A DNA stretch of 64,000 nt from an uncultured Synechococcaceae cyanobacterium (GCA_902536065.1 CACAVZ010000001.1:69518-133517); one strand, 5' to 3'. Positions 1 through 10,276 are shown, numbered from the stretch's first letter. The notes: generated by a model not told the origin, from the sequence alone. A program made the numbers and translations.

Positions 1-1995
1 CTTAGAATTCTCTTAGAGGCAGGGTTAGAGGGAATACATGGTTATGTAGCTCAACTTGGAGAAGTCAGTGAGAAAAATAGATATGCATTAGAAATTGCTG
101 CAGGTAATAGGCTCGGACAAATTGTTGTTGATAATGATCATATTGCCGCTAAAGCAATTGAAATTCTTAAAAAGAAGAAAGCGGGAAGATTAACTTTCTT
201 ACCTTTAAATAGAATTAAAAGTCAAAAAAAGAATTTTGCAATTTCAAGATTTGAAAATAATAGGGAGAATGGATTTATTGATAAAGCTATAAATCTAATT
301 ACTTTTGATGAGGTTTATTCAGATGTTTTTCGATATGTTTTTGGAGATACTTTGGTTTTTTCAGACTTATCCTCAGCAAGGTTATCTACACAAAAAAATA
401 GGTTGGTTACTTTAGGTGGTGAATTATTAGAAGTCAGTGGCGCCATTACAGGAGGCAGTAAGTTAAATAAAGATTTGGCTTATAGGTTTGGAATTAATAA
501 TGATATTGATGATTCTGCTCCTTTAAAAGAAAGATTATTAGTTATCGAAGAAGCTTTAAAAAAGTCAAATAATGATTTGATAATAAAAAATAATAAACTT
601 AGTAAACTCAATTCTAATCGCAGTCAAATAATTGAGGATTGTGCCTCATTTAATAAAGAAATTGAAGTAAATCAAGATTCTCTCAAGTTTGTCTCGCAAA
701 GAATTGAGGATTGTAAATTGAGGTTAAATAAACTTGATACTGCTAATAATTTATTAGTTAACGAGTTAGATCATTTAAAAAATAAATTGAAGCCTTATTA
801 TAGTAGATTTGATCAATTACAAATAGTTCAAAAGGATAATTATGAAAAAAATCAAAAATCATCATTAATAACTTTTAATAATGATTTTAATAATCTTGAT
901 AAAAAACTTGAATTACTTATTAAGGAGAGAGATACATTATTAGATAAAAAGAATCAATTTGCTTTAAGTAAAGAGCGTATTAATAATTCATTAAAAATTA
1001 CTTTACTTAAAGAAAAAAACTTGCAGGAATCTATCAAAGCACTTGCAATTGCTCATAGTGAATGGATAGAAAAAAGAGATGATTTTAAAAAAGAGCTTTT
1101 AGATCTAGATAATCAAAAAAATTCTCTGGAGAAGGATTTAGGTTTATTGAGAAGGAAAAGAGATGAATTAAACTCTTCAATTTCAAATAAAAGGCAAGAA
1201 TATAATAACTATCTGTTGAAGCTTGAATATCTTGAAAGGGATATGAATTCTCTTAAAGAGGAGATGAGAAGCGAGAAAATAAAATTAGAAAATTTTAAAA
1301 AAGATCTACCTAATCCTTCCCCGCAGTTTGGAGAATATGAAGGGAAGAGTCTTGAATATTTGCAATCAGAAATCTCGATCATAAATGCAAAATTACAAAG
1401 CTTAGAACCTGTTAATATGATGGCTCTTGATGAGTTAGAAGAATTAATTGAGAGATTAAATGGTTTGCGAGAAAAATTAGAAATTCTATCTAATGAAAGA
1501 TCTGAATTATTGCTGAGGATAGAGACTGTATCTACGATGCGTCAAGATGCTTTTATGCAAGCATTTACAGAAGTTGATAAACATTTTAGAGAAATTTTTG
1601 CAAATTTATCTGATGGAGATGGATTTCTTCAGCTTGAAAATCCTAATTCTCCCTTAGAAGGAGGATTAACTTTAGTAGCTCATCCTAAGGGAAAAAATGT
1701 CAGAAGATTAGCCTCTATGTCAGGTGGTGAAAAATCGTTAACTGCTTTAAGTTTTTTATTTGCTTTGCAAAAGTATAAACCTTCACCTTTTTATGCATTA
1801 GATGAGGTTGATAGTTTTTTAGATGGTATAAATGTTGAAAGATTGTCAAAATTAATATCTAATCAGTCATCAAATGCTCAATTTATAGTCGTAAGCCATA
1901 GAAGGCCTATGATTAGTGCGTCTGACCGAACAATTGGAGTTGCGCAAGCAAGAGGTGCTAATACTCAAGTTCTTGGGTTACCAAATGCTGCATAA
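1..1995 (+). CDS. smc: Chromosome segregation protein SMC, 3' part (begins before the window)
   Basis: Frame is open from base 1 (LRILLEAGLEGIHGYVAQLG...AGRLTFLPLN, hinge domain), long coiled coil, C-terminal signature MSGGEKSL and Walker B/D-loop YALDEVDSFLD. The track start at 352 is internal. Confidence 0.97.
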   Translation, partial: LRILLEAGLEGIHGYVAQLGEVSEKNRYALEIAAGNRLGQIVVDNDHIAAKAIEILKKKKAGRLTFLPLNRIKSQKKNFAISRFENNRENGFIDKAINLITFDEVYSDVFRYVFGDTLVFSDLSSARLSTQKNRLVTLGGELLEVSGAITGGSKLNKDLAYRFGINNDIDDSAPLKERLLVIEEALKKSNNDLIIKNNKLSKLNSNRSQIIEDCASFNKEIEVNQDSLKFVSQRIEDCKLRLNKLDTANNLLVNELDHLKNKLKPYYSRFDQLQIVQKDNYEKNQKSSLITFNNDFNNLDKKLELLIKERDTLLDKKNQFALSKERINNSLKITLLKEKNLQESIKALAIAHSEWIEKRDDFKKELLDLDNQKNSLEKDLGLLRRKRDELNSSISNKRQEYNNYLLKLEYLERDMNSLKEEMRSEKIKLENFKKDLPNPSPQFGEYEGKSLEYLQSEISIINAKLQSLEPVNMMALDELEELIERLNGLREKLEILSNERSELLLRIETVSTMRQDAFMQAFTEVDKHFREIFANLSDGDGFLQLENPNSPLEGGLTLVAHPKGKNVRRLASMSGGEKSLTALSFLFALQKYKPSPFYALDEVDSFLDGINVERLSKLISNQSSNAQFIVVSHRRPMISASDRTIGVAQARGANTQVLGLPNAA

Positions 1996-2040
1996 ACACA
2001 CTTTTTTTAATTTATACGTCAGAATGATAAAAAGAAATTT

Positions 2041-3090
2041 ATGAGCTTGTCTAACACATCTGCTAATAAGAATCTCCCCAACTCCGTTCCTAGCGAACGT
2101 TTATGGTTAAGGTCAGAATTAATGGGAACACAAGTGATAACTACTGATACTGGGAGGCGGCTAGGCGTAGTTGGCGAAGTTGTTGTTGATATCGATAGAA
2201 GAGAGGTGGTCGCTTTGGGACTAAGAGATAATCCACTTACAAGATTTTTACCAGGTTTGCCAAAGTGGATGCCTTTAGAAAGTATAAAGCAAGTTGGAGA
2301 TGTCATATTAGTTGACTCCCTAGATTCTTTGAGTGACAGTTTTTCTCCAGAAAGATATGGGAAAGTAATTAATTGTCAAGTGATTACAGAGTCTGGACAA
2401 CTTTTAGGAAGAGTTCTTGGCTTTTCTTTTGATATTGAGACTGGGGATTTGATATCTCTTGTTATGGGTGCTGTTGGTGTGCCCCTTTTAGGGGAGGGAG
2501 TTTTAAGTACTTGGGAAATAACTGTTGAGGAAATAGTAAGTAGTGGAACCGATAGGATTATTGTTTATGAAGGTGCTGAAGAGAAATTGAAGCAACTAAG
2601 TAGTGGACTACTAGAGAAAATTGGAGTCGGGGGTTCTTCATGGGATGAAAGGGGAGCAAATGGATACTCATCAAATCTCGTACCTGTTGAGAATCAGTTA
2701 CTTTCTGGTTCTGAATCAGAAAGGAAAAATAATTTGGTTGAAGAATATGAAGAAGAAGTTCTAGAACAAGATGAATATGAAGATGAGGATGATTATGAAG
2801 ATGAACTTGAATATGTTGAAATAAAGGGTTCCTCAGAGGAATTTAATAACAGAAAAAAGCTATATATGGATAATGATTATTCTGATCAGATAGAGAATCA
2901 AAATAGTGTTAATCAAATAGATGAAAAAAACAATATTGATTTTAAGCAAAATAAACAATCAACTACTAATGTAGCTTCGAAAAGACCAATTCAAAATGCA
3001 ACTGAAACTTTAGATATTGAACCGCTTGATGAACAAAATTTAGTTCAAGATAAAAAATCAGAAAAGTTTGAAATTGATGATCCCTGGTAA
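2041..3090 (+). CDS. Tandem PRC-barrel domain protein with acidic disordered tail
   Basis: Two PRC-barrel-like repeats (SELMGTQVITTDTGRRLGVV; VINCQVITESGQLLGRV), Asp/Glu-rich tail ending EIDDPW. Confidence 0.85.
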   Translation: MSLSNTSANKNLPNSVPSERLWLRSELMGTQVITTDTGRRLGVVGEVVVDIDRREVVALGLRDNPLTRFLPGLPKWMPLESIKQVGDVILVDSLDSLSDSFSPERYGKVINCQVITESGQLLGRVLGFSFDIETGDLISLVMGAVGVPLLGEGVLSTWEITVEEIVSSGTDRIIVYEGAEEKLKQLSSGLLEKIGVGGSSWDERGANGYSSNLVPVENQLLSGSESERKNNLVEEYEEEVLEQDEYEDEDDYEDELEYVEIKGSSEEFNNRKKLYMDNDYSDQIENQNSVNQIDEKNNIDFKQNKQSTTNVASKRPIQNATETLDIEPLDEQNLVQDKKSEKFEIDDPW

Positions 3091-3093
3091 TTA

Positions 3094-4359
3094 TTAAAGT
3101 TTTTTTATTGTATTAACAATTATAGAAGCAAGTTTTTTTGCAGCTCCTTTAGCGCCTCTTTCCATATATAGGTTATCTCTAATACTTTTTAATTGATCTT
3201 TATTTTTAATCAGAAACAATACTTCGCTTGCAATTTTTTTTGGCGAAATATTACCTATCCTCTCAGGGACAATCATTTTTTTAGCTTTAATATTTGGCCA
3301 AGAAAAATACTTCTTTTTTCTAAGATAAAAATTTTTAATTATAAAAGTTAGGAATCTATTTATGAATGAAATTTTTCCAATCACTCCAAAAATACCATCC
3401 CAAGCATTCATCAAATTTAAATGTTGAGTTGGTAGAACAACTAACATTGGAAGTGTAATGGCTGCTAATTCTGCAGTATTTGCTCCTACAGTTGTAATTG
3501 CAAGATCACATTCTTTTAATATTTCATAGCAAGGATGTTTCTTGATAAGATAAATCTTTGTATTTTTTGATGTTTCCATTACATAATCAAAACGAGAGTT
3601 TTTGAATTTTTTAATTGTTTTTATTTTTGAAGAGTAATATTTAGCAATTGGATTTTTGTTGCTTTGAAAAAATAAATATTCACTTTTATCAGTAGTTGGG
3701 GCAATGGGAATTATAAAATTTGTATTTTGATTTTCTTTAGCGATATGATCTGCAACTTCTAAGAAGAAAGGAATTCCTACGGAAAGCTTTGCTTTCTTAG
3801 AACCAGGCAACAATGCTATGCAGTGTTTTTCTTTATTTTTTAAAGATATTTCGCTATCAAGTTTGACATCTGCCATCAAATCACCAATGACTTTACATTT
3901 ATATTTATATTTTAAAGGTATTAAATCTTTTACTTTTTCATTCATAGCAGCAATTTCGTTGGTCCATTTAGGCCATCGGGCAACCCATTCAGCATATGTG
4001 ATATTTAAGTAACCTAATCTTTTAGCTAATAATATGCTCCAGAACTGATCCCCACCAAGGAATATAACCACCCCTTTTTTTGGCCAATTAGCGAAAGAAT
4101 GTGGCTTTATTAATAATTTCCAAAAACTTTTGGATTTTGTAATTAATTCGAATTTATTCCATGAATTTGTAACTAAAAATTCTTTTCCAGTGGCATTTGG
4201 GCAAGGAACGAGGACTAACCTAAGAGTGAAATCGTTCTTATCGTCATCACATAGTGAATTTTTTATTTTGTTAAGCTCATCCACTACAGGATTTACCCAT
4301 GTAGTTAATTCACCAGGACCATTGGAAACTATAACTACTGCAACTGATTTTTTTTTCAT
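3094..4359 (-). CDS. LpxB-like (lipid-A-disaccharide synthase-related) GT-B glycosyltransferase
   Basis: SNGPGE N-terminal motif, ALLPGSK motif, GANTAELA. Start moved to ATG 4359 (MKKKSVAV) because the track extension runs through a tRNA. Confidence 0.8.
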   Translation of the reverse strand: MKKKSVAVVIVSNGPGELTTWVNPVVDELNKIKNSLCDDDKNDFTLRLVLVPCPNATGKEFLVTNSWNKFELITKSKSFWKLLIKPHSFANWPKKGVVIFLGGDQFWSILLAKRLGYLNITYAEWVARWPKWTNEIAAMNEKVKDLIPLKYKYKCKVIGDLMADVKLDSEISLKNKEKHCIALLPGSKKAKLSVGIPFFLEVADHIAKENQNTNFIIPIAPTTDKSEYLFFQSNKNPIAKYYSSKIKTIKKFKNSRFDYVMETSKNTKIYLIKKHPCYEILKECDLAITTVGANTAELAAITLPMLVVLPTQHLNLMNAWDGIFGVIGKISFINRFLTFIIKNFYLRKKKYFSWPNIKAKKMIVPERIGNISPKKIASEVLFLIKNKDQLKSIRDNLYMERGAKGAAKKLASIIVNTIKKL

Positions 4360-4384
4360 TGCAGTTAAACCATAATACATTAAA

Positions 4385-4466
4385 TGCGGACGGCGAGACT
4401 TGAACTCGCAAGGCCTAAGCCACACGCTCCTTAGACGTGCGCGTCTACCAATTCCGCCACGTCCGC
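4385..4466 (-). tRNA. trnL: tRNA-Leu, anticodon AAG; no encoded CCA
   Basis: Minus strand GCGGACGTGGCGGAATTGGTAGACGCG-CACGT-CTAAGGA-GCGTG-TGGCTTAGGCCTTGCGAGTTCAAGTCTCGCCGTCCGCA: acceptor stem GCGGACG/CGTCCGC, long variable arm, TTC loop, discriminator A. Confidence 0.96.
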
Positions 4467-4726
4467 AAAGGGTTTTCGGCAACCGGCGGCCGTCTAAACC
4501 TTAAAAATATCATACATTATTGGCTGAAATAAGCATTTAGTCCTAAAAGAGTATTTTTGAATATGATGAATAATTTTTCTATTGCATAAAACAAATATTT
4601 ATACATATATAACGTTTAAGGTTGTATTGTAAAAAATGTCCTCTGATTACTAAAAAATTTTGTTGAATACTTTGGCAAATAATTTTTTAATTTAAGTCAT
4701 TTCATTTCTTCAATTTAATTTTTATA

Positions 4727-6076
4727 ATGGTTGAAAAAGTTTTAATTGCTAATCGTGGAGAAATAGCTTTACGAATTGTCAGAAGTTGTAGAGAATTAGG
4801 TATTGCAACCGTTGCAGTTTTTAGCACTGTTGATAAAAAAGCACTGCATGTTCAGCTTGCTGATGAAGCGGTTTGCGTCGGAGATTCATTAAGTAATAAG
4901 AGTTATTTAAATATCCCAAATATACTTGCTGCTGCTACTTCGAGAGGAGTTGATGCTATTCATCCTGGTTATGGATTTCTTGCTGAAAATGATAAATTTG
5001 CTGAGATGTGTAATGATCACGGCATAGTTTTCATTGGCCCATCTCCTAAAGCTATTAGATCTATGGGAGATAAATCAACAGCTAAAGAAACTATGGAAGC
5101 GGTTGGAGTTCCAACAGTACCTGGTAGTAAAGGCTTGTTATCAAATGTTGATGAGGCTTATAAATTGGCAGATGATATTGGCTATCCGGTAATTATTAAA
5201 GCGACAGCCGGTGGAGGTGGCAGAGGTATGAGGTTGGTGGAAAACTCTGATAATCTTGAAAAAATGTTTAAAGCAGCACAAGGCGAAGCAGAGGCAGCTT
5301 TTGGTGATGATGGATTATATATGGAGAAATTCATAAAGAAACCAAGACATGTAGAAATTCAAATTTTGGCGGATAGGTCGGGTAATGTTGTTCATTTAGG
5401 AGAGCGAGATTGTTCAGTTCAAAGAAGACATCAGAAGTTACTAGAAGAGTCTCCTAGTCCTGCAATTAATACTAAGCTTAGAAAAAAAATGGGTAACGCA
5501 GCTATTGCTGCTGCAAAAAGTATCGGCTACGAAGGAGCTGGGACAGTTGAATTTTTAGTTGATGATGATAATAATTTTTATTTCATGGAAATGAATACCA
5601 GGATTCAAGTTGAACATCCTGTTACTGAAATGGTTACAGGGGTAGATTTAATAGCTGAGCAAATTAAAATCGCAAGTGGAGCAAACTTGGAATTTAATCA
5701 GGATGATATCCATTTAAATGGTCATGCCATTGAATGTAGAATTAATGCTGAAGATCCTTCTCACAATTTCCGACCATCACCTGGAAAAATAACTGGGTGG
5801 CTCCCTCCTGGTGGCCCTGGTGTAAGGGTGGATAGTCATGTTTATACAGGCTATGAAATACCTCCTTTCTATGACTCATTAATTGGTAAATTAATAGTCT
5901 GGGGAAAAGATCGTAATACTGCAATTAAACGAATGAATAGGGCTTTAAATGAATGTGCAGTAACTGGTATTCCTACAACGATTAACTTTCATCTAACCTT
6001 ACTGAATAAATCTAAATTTAAGCAAGGTAAGATACATACTAAATATGTAGAAGAAGAATTATTACCAAATTACTGA
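4727..6076 (+). CDS. accC: Acetyl-CoA carboxylase biotin carboxylase subunit
   Basis: [43 protein letters not shown] motifs. Confidence 0.98.
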   Translation: MVEKVLIANRGEIALRIVRSCRELGIATVAVFSTVDKKALHVQLADEAVCVGDSLSNKSYLNIPNILAAATSRGVDAIHPGYGFLAENDKFAEMCNDHGIVFIGPSPKAIRSMGDKSTAKETMEAVGVPTVPGSKGLLSNVDEAYKLADDIGYPVIIKATAGGGGRGMRLVENSDNLEKMFKAAQGEAEAAFGDDGLYMEKFIKKPRHVEIQILADRSGNVVHLGERDCSVQRRHQKLLEESPSPAINTKLRKKMGNAAIAAAKSIGYEGAGTVEFLVDDDNNFYFMEMNTRIQVEHPVTEMVTGVDLIAEQIKIASGANLEFNQDDIHLNGHAIECRINAEDPSHNFRPSPGKITGWLPPGGPGVRVDSHVYTGYEIPPFYDSLIGKLIVWGKDRNTAIKRMNRALNECAVTGIPTTINFHLTLLNKSKFKQGKIHTKYVEEELLPNY

Positions 6077-6096
6077 GAAAAAAAATTTAATGATAT

Positions 6097-6411
6097 CTAT
6101 GTAATATGTGTATGCAAGGCAAGTTTTATAAGCCCTTGCTGACCGACAAAAATTTCTCTTAAAAAGCTTATAACTCCAATCCAAATTACGGGTCCAACAT
6201 CGACACCTCCAATAGGAGGAATTAGTTTTCTTGTTAAATTAAGAATTGAGCTTGATGGTATTGAAATTAATAACCATAAACCTTTATTTAAGTCAATTTT
6301 TGGGTACCAAGTAAGTATTAATCTTATAAGAAAAACTATAGTTAGATACGAAAGAGAAATTCCTAAACCAATATCTAAAATATGAAGAAAGTTTAAAAGC
6401 AAGGAAATCAC
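6097..6411 (-). CDS. YggT/Ycf19 family membrane protein
   Basis: RLILTWYP and RKLIPPIGGVDVGPVI motifs, two hydrophobic helices. Confidence 0.88.
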   Translation of the reverse strand: MISLLLNFLHILDIGLGISLSYLTIVFLIRLILTWYPKIDLNKGLWLLISIPSSSILNLTRKLIPPIGGVDVGPVIWIGVISFLREIFVGQQGLIKLALHTHIT

Positions 6412-6492
6412 AATTATTTAATTCATCTTAATAAATAACCCATTGAAACGTATTTAATTCGTATTATAAATTGAGAATTTAATATTTAAAAA

Positions 6493-6678
6493 GTGTTTCA
6501 AATCTCAAATTTATTACTAGCCGCAGATCTTTCTGCTGAAGTTGCAAATAATTCCGCAGTTGGAATGATAGGTAGTTTTATTGCCGCTGCCTTACTTATC
6601 GTTATTCCAGCCACTGCATTTTTGATTTTTGTCAGCCAGAAAGATTCTCTCGATCGTACTTCTACCGGAAGACGCTAG
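6493..6678 (+). CDS. psbX: Photosystem II reaction centre protein X
   Basis: Single TM helix followed by ALIFVSQKD-like motif ([14 protein letters not shown]); N-terminal extension; next to ycf66. Confidence 0.9.
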   Translation: MFQISNLLLAADLSAEVANNSAVGMIGSFIAAALLIVIPATAFLIFVSQKDSLDRTSTGRR

Positions 6679-6758
6679 TTTTTGTAGAAGTTTTAAGTAC
6701 ACTATATATATAAGGGATATAAGTAACCCTTTAAAAAATAAATTTTTGGAGAAAGAAT

Positions 6759-7688
6759 GTGGTCAATGCTAGTCTCAATTGGGCCAGTATTGTTGGTATT
6801 GTCCTCGCGGTATGCGGTGGGGGACTTTATTTTCTGAGGTCTTTTAAGCCTGCCTTAGCAAGGGATTATGATGTTTTTTTCGCAGCAATTGGACTCTTGT
6901 GCGGAGGAATATTATTTTTTCAAGGCTGGAGATTAGATCCTATCCTTCAGTTTGGTCAGTTTTTATTAGCAGGAACTACAGTTTTTTTTGCATATGAAAG
7001 TGTGCGATTAAGGGGAGTTGCTACTGATCAAGCAAGAAGGTCATCTTATTTTGATGATGATCCTATTTCTGATGTTCCCAGAAATTCTAGAGCCCGATTT
7101 AATGACGATTACGATAGGTTTGAAGAATCTGAAAGACCATCCAGAAGATTTAAACCTCAAGAAGATGAATTTGAAGAAGATTATAGGGAGGGGAGGTCTC
7201 GTAGGAGGAATGTTTCAAGAGCTATACCCTCTGCTGCAGCAAGTAGAACCAGGCCATCTACAAGGGAAATAAATCAGTTTGACAATGACGAGCCTATAAA
7301 AAGGAGAAGACAGTCTTCTGAAGTTAGAAATAGTAACCAACAAGCAACAAATAACTTTGGTGAAAGACGCAATTTATCTCGCGATGAAGTTAAAACAGGT
7401 TCAAGACCAAGAATGAATCGTACAGTTTCTAGACAAGATAATACCCCTACTCCTGTTGAATCTGCTCCATTAAGAAAGAGACCTACTAGATCTCCTGTTA
7501 GGCAGCAAACTTCAACAGCTCAAGTAGAAGATGCTTCATTTAAAGATGCTAATCAAGTCAAACAACCAAGTGAGACACGTAGAGTAAGCTCCTCTGAAAG
7601 ATCAAGTTCAAAAAATAAAAATAGTAGATATAACGTTGGAACAAACAAGAAGAAACCTAGAGATAACAGTTCTAGATTTGATGATTAA
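6759..7688 (+). CDS. ycf66: Ycf66 family protein with long Arg/Asp-rich tail
   Basis: LARDYDVFFAAIGLLCGGILFFQGWRLDPILQFGQ motif. Confidence 0.9.
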   Translation: MVNASLNWASIVGIVLAVCGGGLYFLRSFKPALARDYDVFFAAIGLLCGGILFFQGWRLDPILQFGQFLLAGTTVFFAYESVRLRGVATDQARRSSYFDDDPISDVPRNSRARFNDDYDRFEESERPSRRFKPQEDEFEEDYREGRSRRRNVSRAIPSAAASRTRPSTREINQFDNDEPIKRRRQSSEVRNSNQQATNNFGERRNLSRDEVKTGSRPRMNRTVSRQDNTPTPVESAPLRKRPTRSPVRQQTSTAQVEDASFKDANQVKQPSETRRVSSSERSSSKNKNSRYNVGTNKKKPRDNSSRFDD

Positions 7689-7964
7689 TTATAAGATTCC
7701 TGCCCATTTTAAAAACGACTGTTTACTAAATAATTCAATTAATAATATCGCAAGAAAACCAATCATTGCAAATCTTCCATTAGTTATTTCAGAATAACCA
7801 CTCCATCCAAATTTATATTCATCTTTAATTTCTGTAGAATTTTCATCTAATTTATTTTCTCCAGTATTTTCATTGATGTAATTTGTATCTTTCTGCTGTT
7901 CAATAGAACTCTCATCATCTAAATTAGTGACCTCTGAGTTAGTTTGCTCTTCTTTAGAATTCAT
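7689..7964 (-). CDS. hli: High-light-inducible protein (Hli/CAB-like) with acidic N-terminal extension
   Basis: FGWSGYSEITNGRFAMIGF chlorophyll-binding motif. Confidence 0.92.
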   Translation of the reverse strand: MNSKEEQTNSEVTNLDDESSIEQQKDTNYINENTGENKLDENSTEIKDEYKFGWSGYSEITNGRFAMIGFLAILLIELFSKQSFLKWAGIL

Positions 7965-7972
7965 TTTTTTTG

Positions 7973-9955
7973 CTAATCCTTAAAATTATACTTATCAGTT
8001 GTCAATAATTTCCAGTCTCCTTGTCCATTTAATTCTAAAATATTTTCATGAAAATCTATCAGGCTAGGTCTATGTCCAACACTAATAAGAGAAAGTTCTC
8101 GTTCTTTTAGTAAACTATATAGTTTCCTTTCAGTCTCAATATCTAAAGCACTTGTTGCCTCATCAAGTACTGCAAATCTTGGAGAATTTAATAAGAGTCT
8201 TGCAAAAGCCAATCTTTGTTGCTCGCCTAGGGAAAGAATTCGTGGCCAATCTTGTTTTATATCTAGATTAGGATATCTATCAGCTAAGGTTTTTAAATTT
8301 ACTTCATGAAGTACAGAAGTAAGATGTTCATCACTAAATTTCTTAACTTCTGTGGGATAACATAATTGTTCCCTTAGAGAACCAAGTAACATATATGGTT
8401 TTTGAGGTATGAATAATAATTCCCCGATTTTTGGCTTTTTAATTACTCCTTGTTCGGGTTCCCATAAACCACTAATCATTCTTAGTAAAGATGTTTTTCC
8501 ACACCCAGATGGGCCTACAACCAACAGTGATTGATTATTATCGATACTTAAATTTAAATTTTTAATTATTGTTTTATTTGATCCAGGCGGACAGAGGTCA
8601 GCACTATTAATAAGAATTGAGGGGTAATCTGAAATAACGTTTTGATTGCTTCTTGGGTTGGTTTGACTAATGGATTCAACTTTTGATTGGAATCCCTCTA
8701 ATCTGCCAATACCAGCAGTAAATTTTGCAAGTTCTTCGATTTGATTAACAATGAAAAATAATGAACCTTCGACCATTCCAAATGCAAAGCTTGCCTGAAT
8801 AAAGCGTCCATAATCAATATCACCTTTAAAGTAAGGTATTGCCATTATTAAATATGGAAAGAAATTTCCAGCATAATTAATGGATCTTCTCATGACGTCT
8901 ATTATTACTCTCCATATAATCAGTAAATTAAAGTTTCTTACCACTTCTCCTAAACGTCTTTCTGTTTCAGTTCGCTCAGGATTCTCACCAGAGTAAAAGG
9001 CTATTGATTCCGCATTATCTCTAATATGTACTAAGCCATATCGAAAATCTGCTTCATATCTGAGTTGGTCAAAGTCAATCTTTACAAGATTTTTCCCAGC
9101 AATTAAGAGGATAGAAGTTGCAAATGCAGCGTAACCAAATAAAGAAAAAGTAAGTGTTGTGCTAATACTCCATAAAATAAGAATATTAAGTGAAAATGTT
9201 AGTAGGGCATCAAAAATACCTAATGTGAAAGAAAGACTTTGCCCGGTAAAAGCTCGGGTATCATCTGTGATTCTTTGATCAGGATTATCTACATCGGTTT
9301 GTTCTTCATCATTAGGATTTAATTGGTAATAAGCTTTATTAGTCATATAATCCTTCACTAAACTTTTTGAAAGCCATTCTCTCCAAATTATTCCTAACTT
9401 ATATGTAAAAAATATTTGGGAAACACGAATTGGTAGAGCCACAGCGAAACAACAAGCGTAAATCCCCAATATTCGATAAAATCCATCTTCTTGTTTTTCT
9501 ACCAAAGCATTTGTCAAATCTCTTGCTATAAATCCGATCCCTGCGTTTATTCCGTTTACAGCTAATAGCATTAGGACAATTATTGCAAGGAATAACCAAT
9601 GTAACCATCTTCTGTTTTTTAATTGACGTCTTAAGCTAAAAAAGCTTCCTGATCCAATTAGAAATAAGGCAGAGAAAAGCAATCCCCAGCTACCAGCCCA
9701 AATTGAATTGACAGTACTTACTACACCTCCGAAATACTTTTCAAGAAAAATTGGTTGAAAGCTTTCAAAAAAACTGATTATTCCTGTAAGACCAACAAGA
9801 ACTACGCCACCAACACAAAATAAAAGAGAAATTAAAAGCCATATGAATTGAAATCCATTGCATTGATCTATGGGAAGAAAAAATGGCTGTGATAACTTTC
9901 TTAATTTTTGTAATTGGTACAGAATTTTGGATTTATTATTGACTGCTTTATTCAT
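7973..9955 (-). CDS. Fused permease/ATPase ABC transporter (ABCD/YddA type)
   Basis: TM domain with DNPDQRI and EADFRYGL..RDNAESIAFY; Walker A GPSGCGKT, LSLGEQQR, LDEATSALD. Confidence 0.93.
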   Translation of the reverse strand: MNKAVNNKSKILYQLQKLRKLSQPFFLPIDQCNGFQFIWLLISLLFCVGGVVLVGLTGIISFFESFQPIFLEKYFGGVVSTVNSIWAGSWGLLFSALFLIGSGSFFSLRRQLKNRRWLHWLFLAIIVLMLLAVNGINAGIGFIARDLTNALVEKQEDGFYRILGIYACCFAVALPIRVSQIFFTYKLGIIWREWLSKSLVKDYMTNKAYYQLNPNDEEQTDVDNPDQRITDDTRAFTGQSLSFTLGIFDALLTFSLNILILWSISTTLTFSLFGYAAFATSILLIAGKNLVKIDFDQLRYEADFRYGLVHIRDNAESIAFYSGENPERTETERRLGEVVRNFNLLIIWRVIIDVMRRSINYAGNFFPYLIMAIPYFKGDIDYGRFIQASFAFGMVEGSLFFIVNQIEELAKFTAGIGRLEGFQSKVESISQTNPRSNQNVISDYPSILINSADLCPPGSNKTIIKNLNLSIDNNQSLLVVGPSGCGKTSLLRMISGLWEPEQGVIKKPKIGELLFIPQKPYMLLGSLREQLCYPTEVKKFSDEHLTSVLHEVNLKTLADRYPNLDIKQDWPRILSLGEQQRLAFARLLLNSPRFAVLDEATSALDIETERKLYSLLKERELSLISVGHRPSLIDFHENILELNGQGDWKLLTTDKYNFKD

Positions 9956-9997
9956 TACTCGACTAGTTCTATGAAATAAATTATAACTTTTAGTAGT

Positions 9998-10276
9998 CTA
10001 TTGACCAAAGCCAATAAATGAAAGTGCCCAGTCAGGTAAATTTAAGTAATTCAAGATCGTGGTATCAAATTCATGAACTTTTGGAAAAGATTTATCCAAT
10101 AACCACCAAAAAAGAAATGGTAGATTAAATAAAATTTGTAGTTGCCATTTATAAGTTAAAACTCTCCAAATTTTTATTAACTTAGTTTTGAGAGAATCAT
10201 CTAGTTCTTCCCAATTTTTAGAGATTAAGTTGAATAAATTTTTGGATTCTGTATTTAAGGAATCTGATGTATTCAT
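9998..10276 (-). CDS. Hypothetical protein with a hydrophobic segment
   Basis: 92-aa ATG ORF filling the gap within a co-oriented minus-strand run. Confidence 0.7.
   Translation of the reverse strand: MNTSDSLNTESKNLFNLISKNWEELDDSLKTKLIKIWRVLTYKWQLQILFNLPFLFWWLLDKSFPKVHEFDTTILNYLNLPDWALSFIGFGQ

Noticed and set aside
4360-4482. 41-aa N-terminal extension of the LpxB-like ORF (MPKTLCGRGG...)
   Set aside because: It is a chance translation of tRNA-Leu; ATG 4359 is the sensible start.
7020-7688. Arg/Asp/Ser-rich Ycf66 tail and overlapping 84-aa ORF (7018-7272)
   Set aside because: A low-complexity tail is usual for cyanobacterial Ycf66; the off-frame ORF has no independent support.
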